A stretch of 64,000 nucleotides of DNA, taken from assembly GCA_963765495.1 (NCBI GenBank), contig CAVXWP010000012.1:1-64000 (forward strand), read 5' to 3'. The stretch comes from Blastocatellia bacterium (GTDB taxonomy: Bacteria; Acidobacteriota; Blastocatellia; UBA7656). Shown here piece by piece: positions 28,429-37,555 of this stretch. Made by a program: the position numbers and the translations under genes. Numbering within the stretch: the stretch's first letter is position 1; every line of letters begins with the position of its first letter. The notes under the pieces were generated by a model, which saw only the letters and a list, made by a program, of their open reading frames with translations, did no database searches and was not told where the DNA came from.

Positions 28429-29730
28429 ATGTCGAAAATCTTTCAATCAGCCGCCTTTTTCCTGCTCGTCCTAACACCTGCGGCTCGCGCCGATTCGGTG
28501 CGCATAGGGCTGTTTGGTCTTTTCAAACCGGACACTTTGCACATCCGTCTTGCCTCGGGGCAGACGGCTACCTTAGAGGCCGATGGCCTGGCAAACAGCG
28601 CAAACTTCACGGCCGGTGATTCGATCCGAGTGCGCGCCGTGGGCGCTCGCCTCAACATAGTCCTGGTTGATACTTACGGCAGAATCAAACGCGCTATCAA
28701 CGCGTCTGAGGCGCGAATCCTTTCAGCCGATACGGTGACGCTGGAATTGAGCCTGCCGGGAAAGATAAAGCGGATTGTGCGCGGCGAACTTATGCTCTCT
28801 GCTCAGAAAAGAAATCCTCGCGGCCAGTTGCAAATCGTGCTCGCGACCAGCCGTGAAGCGGTCGTCGCCTCGGTTGTAGCGGCCGAGATGGGCGGCGCGC
28901 GCGCAGGTGAAGCCATAAAGGCTCTGGCAATCGTCGTAAGAACGTTTATGCTTTCACACCCTATGCGACACAAAGAGGACGGCTTCGACTACTGCGATAC
29001 TACACACTGTCAGGTCTATCGCGGAGAGGACGATCTCGTTCGGGCGCAGCCCGTGATCGCTGAAAACGTGAGGGCGACCGAAGGCGAGGTCTTGAGCTTT
29101 AAGGGCCATTTGATCGAAGCCTATTACACGGCCGTCTGCGGGGGGCTCACGGCTACGCCGGAGATGGTCTGGGGCGGATCGACCGGTGACGGCTATACCT
29201 ACAGGCGGATCGAGTGCAGGTGGTGTCACGGCTCGCCTCATTTCGAGTGGCAGCGCTCGGCAGACGCGAGCGTGGTGCTTGGCGCGCTCTCTTCTTCAAC
29301 GGGTCTGCGGTTGTCTCAATCCTGCGAAGTCTTGGTTGAAAAAGATGTATCGAGCGATTTCGTCCGCTCTGTTATAATCCGCGACCGTGGCAGGGAGACC
29401 ATTTTGAGCGGTGATGAATTTCGCCGCAGCCTTGGACGCAGACTCGGATGGAATACGGTGCTGAGTCCTACTTTTATGATAGAGCGCCGCAGCAATACAT
29501 TCGTTTTTCGAGGCCGGGGATTCGGTTCTCAGGTAGGACTTTGTCTTGCGGGCGCGTTTCGACAGGCCGAAGCAGGGCGCGGCTACCGCGAGATACTTAG
29601 CTTCTATTTTCCCGAAACTGAAATGGAATTGCAGGCGGGCAGAGAAATTAACGATCAGGGGAGGATAGATCACCTTGCCTTGAATCAACCGGCGTTTGGA
29701 CGAAGAGGGGAAACGGGTTGGTCGGATTAA
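28429..29730 (+). CDS. SpoIID/LytB domain protein
   Basis: VVAAEM, EAIKALA, CDTTHCQVY, GRGFGSQVGLC, EILSFYFP; signal peptide. Confidence 0.88.
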   Translation: MSKIFQSAAFFLLVLTPAARADSVRIGLFGLFKPDTLHIRLASGQTATLEADGLANSANFTAGDSIRVRAVGARLNIVLVDTYGRIKRAINASEARILSADTVTLELSLPGKIKRIVRGELMLSAQKRNPRGQLQIVLATSREAVVASVVAAEMGGARAGEAIKALAIVVRTFMLSHPMRHKEDGFDYCDTTHCQVYRGEDDLVRAQPVIAENVRATEGEVLSFKGHLIEAYYTAVCGGLTATPEMVWGGSTGDGYTYRRIECRWCHGSPHFEWQRSADASVVLGALSSSTGLRLSQSCEVLVEKDVSSDFVRSVIIRDRGRETILSGDEFRRSLGRRLGWNTVLSPTFMIERRSNTFVFRGRGFGSQVGLCLAGAFRQAEAGRGYREILSFYFPETEMELQAGREINDQGRIDHLALNQPAFGRRGETGWSD

Positions 29731-30386
29731 TACTGCTGGGAATCAAGAGCAATCTGGCTCGGCTCGGGGCGTGGTTGATGGCCCTGGGCACTCTCGGGTT
29801 GTTTGCCATATCTTTGCTCGATTCGGCGTTCATACCTCTGCCGAGCGGGCCTGATCTGGTGATGATCACCTTGAGCGCCTTGCAACCCCGCTGGATGGTT
29901 GCCTACGCGATGGCTGCGACAGCGGGCTCGACAATCGGATGTGCGTTTTTGTACTTTGTGGCGCGCAGGGCGGGCATGCGGGCGCTTGCGCGTGTAAGCC
30001 CTGAGAGACGCGAGCAGATAGAGAACCTCCTGGGCCGTTACGATATGCTGGCGGTGATGGTGCCTGCGGTGCTGCCTCCGCCGTTTCCATTCAAGCCTTT
30101 TATACTTGCGGCCGGTGTGTTCAAGTTGAAGACCGCCAGGTTCATAACGGCCATATTCATAGGACGCGCCGCGCGCTTCCTTATCGAAGGCTGGCTTGCA
30201 ATCGAGTTTGGCGAAGATGCGAGCCGCCTGATAGCCAGACACGGCATAAAGGTGCTGATTGTGGTCGCCGTGATACTGGTCGTAAGCATTGCGTTCAAGC
30301 TTTATCGTTTGCGCTCGCAGCGCGCGATTCCGCTCGCAGTCGACGAGATCGTGCAGAGCGATCAGGCTGGAATTGAGCAGTCCTGA
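29718..30386 (+). CDS. YqaA/DedA (VTT domain) membrane protein
   Basis: LDSAFIPLPSGPD, LPPPFPFK, GRAARF. Confidence 0.85.
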   Translation: MVGLILLGIKSNLARLGAWLMALGTLGLFAISLLDSAFIPLPSGPDLVMITLSALQPRWMVAYAMAATAGSTIGCAFLYFVARRAGMRALARVSPERREQIENLLGRYDMLAVMVPAVLPPPFPFKPFILAAGVFKLKTARFITAIFIGRAARFLIEGWLAIEFGEDASRLIARHGIKVLIVVAVILVVSIAFKLYRLRSQRAIPLAVDEIVQSDQAGIEQS

Positions 30387-30540
30387 ACAACGGAATGCAA
30401 ACCTGCTTGCGCTCAAGGCATCAGAATAAATGAACCCTTTGGCCTCGGCGGAGTTTCATAATAGCGTAGAAAAGTGTCTTTTCCGCGCATATGAGCGTGT
30501 GGTAGCATTAACAGGTTCTAGAGGAATGGTTAAGTTATAC

Positions 30541-31095
30541 ATGAAAAAGTTTGTCTTCATAATCGCGCTACCCCTGATGATCTTGCCGGGGCTTGCACAA
30601 TCGCGCACCTGTCTGCGCATCATGCCTATGGATGAGTTGACCCGCAACTCTATCCTGATAGCCCGCGTAAAGGTCTATAAAGCCGACAAGGCAAATTATC
30701 GGGGCATGTTCGGTCAAATATCCATCCTTCGACCCGTAGACGTTATCGAAGGCGATTTCACGCTCAAAGAGATCAACGTGCTGTCGCGGTCAAATGTGCA
30801 ATGCGCCGAAGACAACTACACTCCCGGTCAGGAGATGCTGGTATTTCTTGAACAGGAAGACAGCCTGTTTCACACATTGAACTTTCAATATGGTCAGTTT
30901 CCGATAGCGGGTGAGATCGTCAAAGGCTGGCGCGACAAATCAAACAAGCCGGTTGATAAGCCATACGCGGAAGTGCGACAGGAAATCGAAGCCTACGTAA
31001 CCGCCGCGCACACGCGGCCCGGCCAGACCGAACCCGAACAGAAGCAACAGCCTAAACCGGAACAGCCAACCACGCCTCCTCCTCTTGAGCCCTGA
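30541..31095 (+). CDS. Exported hypothetical protein with a Pro/Gln-rich tail
   Basis: Signal peptide MKKFVFII; two Cys in the mature region; start inferred. Confidence 0.65.
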   Translation: MKKFVFIIALPLMILPGLAQSRTCLRIMPMDELTRNSILIARVKVYKADKANYRGMFGQISILRPVDVIEGDFTLKEINVLSRSNVQCAEDNYTPGQEMLVFLEQEDSLFHTLNFQYGQFPIAGEIVKGWRDKSNKPVDKPYAEVRQEIEAYVTAAHTRPGQTEPEQKQQPKPEQPTTPPPLEP

Positions 31096-31219
31096 AAGAG
31101 TGATGCGATCTCTGATCCGTGATCCGTGATCAAACTGGCTTAAAAATTGTCTTTTACAGGCAGGCTTCCTGAGAGTCACGAATCACGAATCACGAATCAC
31201 GGATCACGAATCACTCTTT
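31095..31219. repeat. Heptamer inverted-repeat element (CCGTGAT)n ... (AATCACG)x6
   Basis: Outer arms AAAGAGTGAT/ATCACTCTTT touch the stop codons of both convergent genes. Confidence 0.85.
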
Positions 31220-32447
31220 AGTCCGCAAGCCCGGCGAGCGCCACAACAAGCAACAACAATCGCTTGAGTCCAAGTTCTCGCCCCGTGGGTTCGTACCACT
31301 CGGTCAGACAGTGGCAATTACTCGACATACCACCCACTCCTATGGTGATGGCGGGGATGCCCATCGAGATGGGGATGTTTGAATCCGTCGAAGAGCAATC
31401 GAGCCTCGGCTCGATCCCCAAAACGCGCGAGCAATTGATGGCCGCCTGCACTATCTCATATTCCAGCGGCGTTTCACCCGAAGGCCGATCACCCACCTGC
31501 TCCAGATCATAAGCCAGATTTGTGCCGCTTGTGGCGCGCTGAGAATTCTCTTCGCGCACTGCTATCTCGACCACGCGACGAAGATAGGCTTCGAGCTTGT
31601 CTATCTCGATGCTTGAAACCGAGCGCATGTCTACGGTCATGCTTGCCCGTTCAGGTATGGCGTTGACCGAGCTTCCGCCTTCGATGATGCCTACGTTGTA
31701 GGAGGTGCGAGGGGCAAGCGGCGCAGGGTAGGCCGCAAATCTCGCGACGGCGCGTCCAAGGGCGTGCACAGGATTGACAACACCGAAATCTCCCCACGAA
31801 TGCCCGCCCGGCCCGCTCACGTTCACCCTGTAGCGGCGCGACCCCAATGCGCGGTGTGTGATCCGCTCGACACCCGGACCATCGAGAGAGATAAATGCTT
31901 CCACGCCGGAACGAAAATCGCCCTCGGTGAAGAGGTGGCGGACGCCGCGAAGATTCCCTTCGCCTTCTTCGCCGACCGTGGCTACAAAATAGATGGTTCC
32001 CTCCGTATGGATGCCTGCCCGATCCATAGCCGAGGCCAGCGCAACGAGGCTCACGACTCCACAGGTATTATCGGCTATGCCGGGCGCTAGCAACCGGCGG
32101 CCTTCTTGACGAACACGCACATCCGTACCCTCGGGAAAGACCGTGTCGAGATGCGCCGATACTATAATTCGCGGACTTGCAGCGTGGCCCTCTCGCTCGG
32201 CAATGATGTTTCCTTCCGCGTCTACGCGTGTGCGGGAAAGCCCCAGTTCTTCGAATCGTTTTCGGATGTAGCTGCCTCGCGCCTCTTCTTTGAACGGAGG
32301 CGCGGGTATCTCGCAAATACGGATAAGTTCTTCGGTGGTCTCCTCTCCGGTGTCGGCGATAAACTGAAAGGCTCGCTGGATTTCAGGCGCAGAGAGCATA
32401 TCTGGAATAGAAGACATCCTCTCCGCGCTCGGCGCGTAATTTTGCAT
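31218..32447 (-). CDS. M20/M25/M40 family metallopeptidase
   Basis: SAHLDTV, PGIADN, GEEG, GGHSW, SSTDSN. Confidence 0.9.
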   Translation of the reverse strand: MQNYAPSAERMSSIPDMLSAPEIQRAFQFIADTGEETTEELIRICEIPAPPFKEEARGSYIRKRFEELGLSRTRVDAEGNIIAEREGHAASPRIIVSAHLDTVFPEGTDVRVRQEGRRLLAPGIADNTCGVVSLVALASAMDRAGIHTEGTIYFVATVGEEGEGNLRGVRHLFTEGDFRSGVEAFISLDGPGVERITHRALGSRRYRVNVSGPGGHSWGDFGVVNPVHALGRAVARFAAYPAPLAPRTSYNVGIIEGGSSVNAIPERASMTVDMRSVSSIEIDKLEAYLRRVVEIAVREENSQRATSGTNLAYDLEQVGDRPSGETPLEYEIVQAAINCSRVLGIEPRLDCSSTDSNIPISMGIPAITIGVGGMSSNCHCLTEWYEPTGRELGLKRLLLLVVALAGLAD

Positions 32448-32530
32448 CTAACTCCTTCGGTCCCGGATTTTGATTTCAGGCAATCGGGCTCCTCGCCGTT
32501 TACCTTTGGGGAGTATACAAGTCAAACTAT

Positions 32531-33745
32531 TCAGATGAGCGCCATCACTTCTTCATCCGTAAGCACCGATGTGCACTGCTTGACGTGATTGAATATAAGT
32601 TCGACGCGCTCGTCTGTCACCTCTACTTCGTGGCGTTCGAGCCAGAACACGATATTGGATTTACCGCTCATCGGGCCTATCTCTATCAACTGCTCGCGAC
32701 CCAGCATACTTGCCGGAACGCCCGAATATACCATATCCGCAAGCCAGCTATCACCCTTGCGAAAAGCCTTGATGACCGCCGCCGCGTGCACACCCGTAGC
32801 CGTGCGAAAAGCATCGCGGCCCACCATCGGATAAGTGATCGGTATAGTCACGCCGGTTGCTTCGCTTACGAGTTCGCAATAGCGAGTCAGGTTTGATAGA
32901 TCGCGATGGATGTATCCCATCAATTGCAGGTTCACAAGCAACTGATCCATAGGGGCGTTGCCGACGCGCTCGCCTATGCCGAGCGCCGTGCCGTGCAGCC
33001 TGTCTGCTCCGGCCTCGAAGGCCGCAATCGAATTGATAACGCCAAGTCCTCGATCCTGATGACCGTGCCAGTCAATCTTTACGTCTTCGACGCCCGTTTC
33101 CTGAACCACCGAATGGATAAAGTTTATCAGCGCGGTCGCGCCTTCGGGCGTGGCGTGACCTACGGTATCGCATACGCACACGCGTCTGGCTCCGGCTTCG
33201 ATAGCCGTTTTGTAAAGGGCGCGAATCGTGTCGGGATGAGCGCGGGTGGTATCTTCGGTCACATACATCACCGGAAGCCCATGAGCGGCAGCGAACTTCA
33301 CGGCGTCTTCCGTAGCCGTGAGCATCATCTCAAGGGACCAGCCTTCGGCGTATTGCCGAATGGGACTTGATCCGATAAATGTGCAGGCTTCAATGGGGAT
33401 GCCTACCTTTTCAGAGATGTTTATGATCGGCTCGATGTCGGCGCGCACGGTGCGCGCGGCGCAATTAGGCTGGATGTCGAGTTTGCAATCGACTATTTCT
33501 CGAGCGAGTCTTGTAACATCGGCCACGGCACGCGGTCCCGCTCCGGGCAGCCCTATGTCGGCGCTGTCTATGCCGAGCGAATCCATGATATGGAGTATCT
33601 CGATCTTTTTCTCGACGGGCGGGTCAATGACCGAGGGCGATTGCAGCCCGTCTCTGAGCGATTCGTCGTCAAACTCCACAGGGCGGCTGGCCGTTATTTC
33701 ACGGCCTACGATGTTCCAGTCATATATAAGTTCGTTCTTATCCAA
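32531..33745 (-). CDS. LeuA-family DRE-TIM synthase (isopropylmalate or homocitrate synthase), short form without regulatory domain
   Basis: DESLRDGLQ, CDTVG, HGHQDRG, GIGERVGNA. Confidence 0.85.
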   Translation of the reverse strand: MDKNELIYDWNIVGREITASRPVEFDDESLRDGLQSPSVIDPPVEKKIEILHIMDSLGIDSADIGLPGAGPRAVADVTRLAREIVDCKLDIQPNCAARTVRADIEPIINISEKVGIPIEACTFIGSSPIRQYAEGWSLEMMLTATEDAVKFAAAHGLPVMYVTEDTTRAHPDTIRALYKTAIEAGARRVCVCDTVGHATPEGATALINFIHSVVQETGVEDVKIDWHGHQDRGLGVINSIAAFEAGADRLHGTALGIGERVGNAPMDQLLVNLQLMGYIHRDLSNLTRYCELVSEATGVTIPITYPMVGRDAFRTATGVHAAAVIKAFRKGDSWLADMVYSGVPASMLGREQLIEIGPMSGKSNIVFWLERHEVEVTDERVELIFNHVKQCTSVLTDEEVMALI

Positions 33746-33976
33746 ATTCTCACCTTCCTGAAAGATTAGAGCAAACCCGCGAGCCCACAGTCAAGTTAGC
33801 TGACAGGCGACAGAAGCGAGGAACCGCTCTTTGCCGGGGCCGTATAACTCTCAGATCGACCTGTCGAGATTGTAGGAAACAACCGGCCGCTATATGAAAA
33901 AGCTTTGCGGCTTTGCGAAAAATAGAACATCGCCCATTCGCAAAATAGGCCAAGTATGTGAAGTTTTTCCCGAGAA

Positions 33977-34720
33977 TTAAATGGTTTTGGGATAAAAGAC
34001 CGACAAATTATCTACGGGTACGAAACCGAGTTTGGCCGCGAGCCGCATTGAAGCCACATTTGCCACCTCCGCTCCCCACACGGGTTGCTTGCCCAGTTTG
34101 CGCATGTAATCAACCAGATAAGCCACGCACAGAGCGGCGTATCCGTGCTGTCTGTACTCGGCCAGAGTGTCAATCGAGATGTCCCACAGTGTTTCTGTCT
34201 CTGCCGCCACATAGCAAAACGATACGGGGCGGTCTTCGATAAACGCGGCTACCACAAGCGAGCATTTGGCGGCGGTCTCCAACTCTTTTTTCAAGTCGGG
34301 CGGCAAGTCGCCGATAACGTCTATCTCGAAGGCTTCAATCCCGCGGACCATTTTCTCGGGAGCGAGTGGAAGCTTCGCATTATCGTAGAGAAGATGTATC
34401 ACTGCCGGGCTGTTTTTCCAATCGGGCAGAGCCCGGGCGACGTAAGGGGTGTTTTCAGGAGGGGCGAGAACCGCGCCCTTGTTTTCATTGCGCGAAACTG
34501 CTTCCCTGATGGCTTCCGCTTCGGGGAGACCCACTACAGACACAAGCTCCCCCTCCGAGCAGCGAACTACGAAGCTGAGTTGATTTGTCTCATCCAGACC
34601 GAGGACTTCTCCCTGACCCGATAGCAGCATCGAGCGCGTCTCGATCCATCGCGGAATATCAGGCAACGCCATGGCCAGATCACCGGCCAGATCACCCGGC
34701 ATCGAATGCTGTTCCGACAT
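33977..34720 (-). CDS. GNAT family N-acetyltransferase
   Basis: TLAEYRQHGYA; NVASMRLAAKLGF. Confidence 0.8.
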   Translation of the reverse strand: MSEQHSMPGDLAGDLAMALPDIPRWIETRSMLLSGQGEVLGLDETNQLSFVVRCSEGELVSVVGLPEAEAIREAVSRNENKGAVLAPPENTPYVARALPDWKNSPAVIHLLYDNAKLPLAPEKMVRGIEAFEIDVIGDLPPDLKKELETAAKCSLVVAAFIEDRPVSFCYVAAETETLWDISIDTLAEYRQHGYAALCVAYLVDYMRKLGKQPVWGAEVANVASMRLAAKLGFVPVDNLSVFYPKTI

Positions 34721-34722
34721 AA

Positions 34723-35436
34723 TCACTCCGTTGCAGGCTCCAGGTTGCCCGAGGTCGGGGTTCTTGCGGCAAGCCATTCGTTTATGTGTGGCAGCGACTC
34801 GCGCGGAAAGACATGTCCTGCCCGGTAGCTCACATATTCGACCGAACGGGCGCGGCGCAAGAGCGCATCCTTAAATTTCATCGTGCGCTCCATAGGATAA
34901 AACTGATCCGTCTCGCCCGCGATAATAAGCACATCCGTCTCGCTATCGTGATATTTGTCCTGATCCCAATCGCCCGGTATGCCGCCACAAACCGCGACTA
35001 TGCCGCGCGCCAGATTCGGATGAGTAAAGGCGAAACGATAATTCAGAGCTACGGATTGAGAGAACGCAATAAGAAAGATCGCTCGCCGGTCTATCGGATA
35101 TTGGCGAGAAATCTCCTCGATGACCGAAAGCAGGGTCTCGTGATGGAGCCGTATGGTCTCTTCCGCCTTGTACTGCATCATCCAGCCAAAACCTATTCTG
35201 GGTCTGGCGGATTCGGCTTCGTCACGCACAAAAAACGCATTCGGCCCTTGAACAGAAGCTATCACATAATCCTGCGAATTGATCCTTTGGGCGAGGGCCA
35301 TCATCGATTCCTTGTTGCCCTCGTAGCCATGCAGCGCGATGATGAGCGGCATAGGAGGCGCTTCCGTCTCACGGTCAGGCACATAAAGGTCATAGTAGAG
35401 TTTTGTACGCTGTTCGATGGTTCTTTCGGTAATCAT
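34723..35436 (-). CDS. Phospholipase/carboxylesterase-type alpha/beta hydrolase
   Basis: ALHGY, AFSQS, GETDQF, AGH. Confidence 0.82.
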   Translation of the reverse strand: MITERTIEQRTKLYYDLYVPDRETEAPPMPLIIALHGYEGNKESMMALAQRINSQDYVIASVQGPNAFFVRDEAESARPRIGFGWMMQYKAEETIRLHHETLLSVIEEISRQYPIDRRAIFLIAFSQSVALNYRFAFTHPNLARGIVAVCGGIPGDWDQDKYHDSETDVLIIAGETDQFYPMERTMKFKDALLRRARSVEYVSYRAGHVFPRESLPHINEWLAARTPTSGNLEPATE

Positions 35437-35445
35437 AAGTGGAGC

Positions 35446-35529
35446 GATGCGTGATACGTGATGCGTGATCAGAAAACTTGTGAAGCTTGTCAAAAAGTCC
35501 GGCTCACGAATCGCGAATCACGAATCACG
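35446..35529. repeat. Heptamer inverted-repeat element (GCGTGAT)x3 ... (AATCACG)x4
   Basis: Same unit family as 9732-9816; lies between divergent genes. Confidence 0.85.
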
Positions 35530-35586
35530 TTCCCCTCCTCAGATGTGTTTGGCTTAATTGCGGCGCGTTCGATATTATCTGAAATT

Positions 35587-36660
35587 ATGGATATGGAAAA
35601 GCCGGTCCGGTATGTCATATTCGGCGCTGGGGCAATTGGCAGCGCGGTTGGCGGGCGTCTCGTTCACGCAGGGCTCTCTGTCGCATTCGTGGCGAGAGCG
35701 CCGCAGGTCGAGGCCTTGAAGCGAGGTATCCTCATCAAGCAGGCGGATACGGAGATTCGCGTGCAGGGCGAGGCCGCGACATCCATCAGCGAGCTTGAAC
35801 CTGACGGCAACGACGTGATTATGATCGTCACAAAATCGCAGGTTACCCGGTTGGTGGTCGAAGAACTCTTCGAGGTTTACGGTCGTCACGCAAATGTGAT
35901 CTGTCTGCAAAACGGCATCCGCAATGAAGAGGTTGCCGCTGAAAGGTTCGATAACGTCTATGCTGCGCTTGTGCTGTTGAGCGCGGTCCAACTGGAACCC
36001 GAAGTAATTACGATGCCGCGCGACAATACCATAGCCCTTTGTCGCTATCCTGACAGGGTTGACGATTTGACCCGCCGATGCGTGGAAGACCTTACCCGCT
36101 CAGGATTCAATGCGCTGGCCTCTGAGCACGTGATGGCAATGAAGTGGGGCAAGCTCGTGGCCAATCTCAACAACGCCACGCACGCCGTAACGGGTTACTG
36201 GCTGGAGCGAGGGCTTGGCGAGCCTGAGATGAGTTGTCTGATGCTGGCGATCCGCGAAGAAGGTTTGCGTGTGCTCGACCGGGCGGGCATCGGTGTCGAG
36301 CCTCCCCCGGATGAGCCTTCGCCTATCAGGATAAGAGAGAACACCGAGCGGCTAAGGCAGCTTTGCCTGAATCCCCGCCCGCAGAGAGATTTGCCGATTG
36401 AGGAACGGACATATCCTTCGATGTGGCAGGACCTTTACCTCGGTCGCAAATCGAACGAGGCTGAATTCTTGAACGGTGAGATAGTCGCCCTCGGAAAGAA
36501 ATACGGCGTTCCCACGCCCTATAATTCCACGCTTTTGGAATTGATCGACCGGATGACAGAAGCGGGAGAAAAGCCCGGAATTTACACGCCCGCCGAGCTT
36601 CACGCCCTGATAAAGTCTCGAACGAACGAGGAGACCGGGCAGGCAAATCAAGGCTGTTGA
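35587..36660 (+). CDS. panE: Ketopantoate reductase family protein
   Basis: GAGAIG, TKSQ, LQNG, KWGKL..N, PSMWQDL, EAEFLNG. Confidence 0.82.
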   Translation: MDMEKPVRYVIFGAGAIGSAVGGRLVHAGLSVAFVARAPQVEALKRGILIKQADTEIRVQGEAATSISELEPDGNDVIMIVTKSQVTRLVVEELFEVYGRHANVICLQNGIRNEEVAAERFDNVYAALVLLSAVQLEPEVITMPRDNTIALCRYPDRVDDLTRRCVEDLTRSGFNALASEHVMAMKWGKLVANLNNATHAVTGYWLERGLGEPEMSCLMLAIREEGLRVLDRAGIGVEPPPDEPSPIRIRENTERLRQLCLNPRPQRDLPIEERTYPSMWQDLYLGRKSNEAEFLNGEIVALGKKYGVPTPYNSTLLELIDRMTEAGEKPGIYTPAELHALIKSRTNEETGQANQGC

Positions 36661-36830
36661 CATCCGAGCGATTGGTGTTATATTACGTTTAAGACTGGCA
36701 CCCAGTCAGGCCCCTAATTGACGAAAATTTGATCTCGTTAGCCGGTGGTTGAAAGGCAAAGATAGTCAGTGTGTCTTTGACGAGATGGCTCCTCGGTTTT
36801 CGCCGCCGCTATGTATTTGAGAGGGTGGGA

Positions 36831-37451
36831 ATGATGTACAAAATGAACAGACTGGTCGCGGCAATTATCACTATGCTGATCGTCCTCACATCGCTTCCGG
36901 GCGCATATGCTCAGGCAAGCGCGCAGGACCCTAAAGTCAAAGAGGCGAGCGGCGATGACAACTTTGATCCTATCGAGTTTCTCAATCGATTCAAGCTTGG
37001 AATGAGTTACACAGAGGTGCAGAATCTGCTGCCCAAGAACTTTGACCAGGATATCCTCTCATATATCACGACCGACGAAGTCTTCCTGTTAAACGTAGAC
37101 ATACCGGGCCGGGCCGGCTGGAATGCCTCATTCAAATTCGACACGCTGGACGCGGCCATGCGCAGACCGGAGCAACTGGTCGAGGTAAGTTGCGGTGCGG
37201 CGCTTTCGAGCCGCAGTTCCTCTTTTGAATCCCTTGTCCGCCGAGTCGCAGATGTTTTCGGCGAGCCGGATAAGATGGACAAATCCGAAGATCAGATTCA
37301 GCAGGCTGGCTGGAGGGTTTCGGGCGGGTCTGTCCTGACGCTTGAATACTTCGTTGTGCCGAAGGGGCTGGACGGAAAAGATGTGAGCGTTGATTTCGTC
37401 GTAAAGAAAAACAAGCGGGCGAAATCTTCTCCATCAAAAGACATCGCCTGA
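36831..37451 (+). CDS. Exported hypothetical protein
   Basis: Signal peptide ending AYA-Q; no family recognised. Confidence 0.7.
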   Translation: MMYKMNRLVAAIITMLIVLTSLPGAYAQASAQDPKVKEASGDDNFDPIEFLNRFKLGMSYTEVQNLLPKNFDQDILSYITTDEVFLLNVDIPGRAGWNASFKFDTLDAAMRRPEQLVEVSCGAALSSRSSSFESLVRRVADVFGEPDKMDKSEDQIQQAGWRVSGGSVLTLEYFVVPKGLDGKDVSVDFVVKKNKRAKSSPSKDIA

Positions 37452-37525
37452 ACCGGATCAATTCTGAACCGGATCAATTCTGAACCGGATCAATTCTGAA
37501 CCGGATCAATTCTGAACCGGATCAA
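37448..37525. repeat. Perfect tandem repeat (CTGAACCGGATCAATT)x4.9, 16-bp unit
   Basis: Read directly; the first unit contains the upstream TGA stop. Confidence 0.95.
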
Positions 37526-37555
37526 CTCGATTATCTCAGGGAAATAGGTTCATGC

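Noticed and set aside
33746-33960. Attenuator or amino-acid riboswitch upstream of the LeuA-like gene
   Set aside because: Only weak hairpins; no leader peptide rich in Leu or Lys codons and no T-box motif.
35458-35586. N-terminal extensions given by the ORF track (panE, SDR, 51571 gene, 34723 hydrolase, DinB)
   Set aside because: They translate repeat elements or overlap neighbouring genes; downstream starts fit domain boundaries or RBS better.
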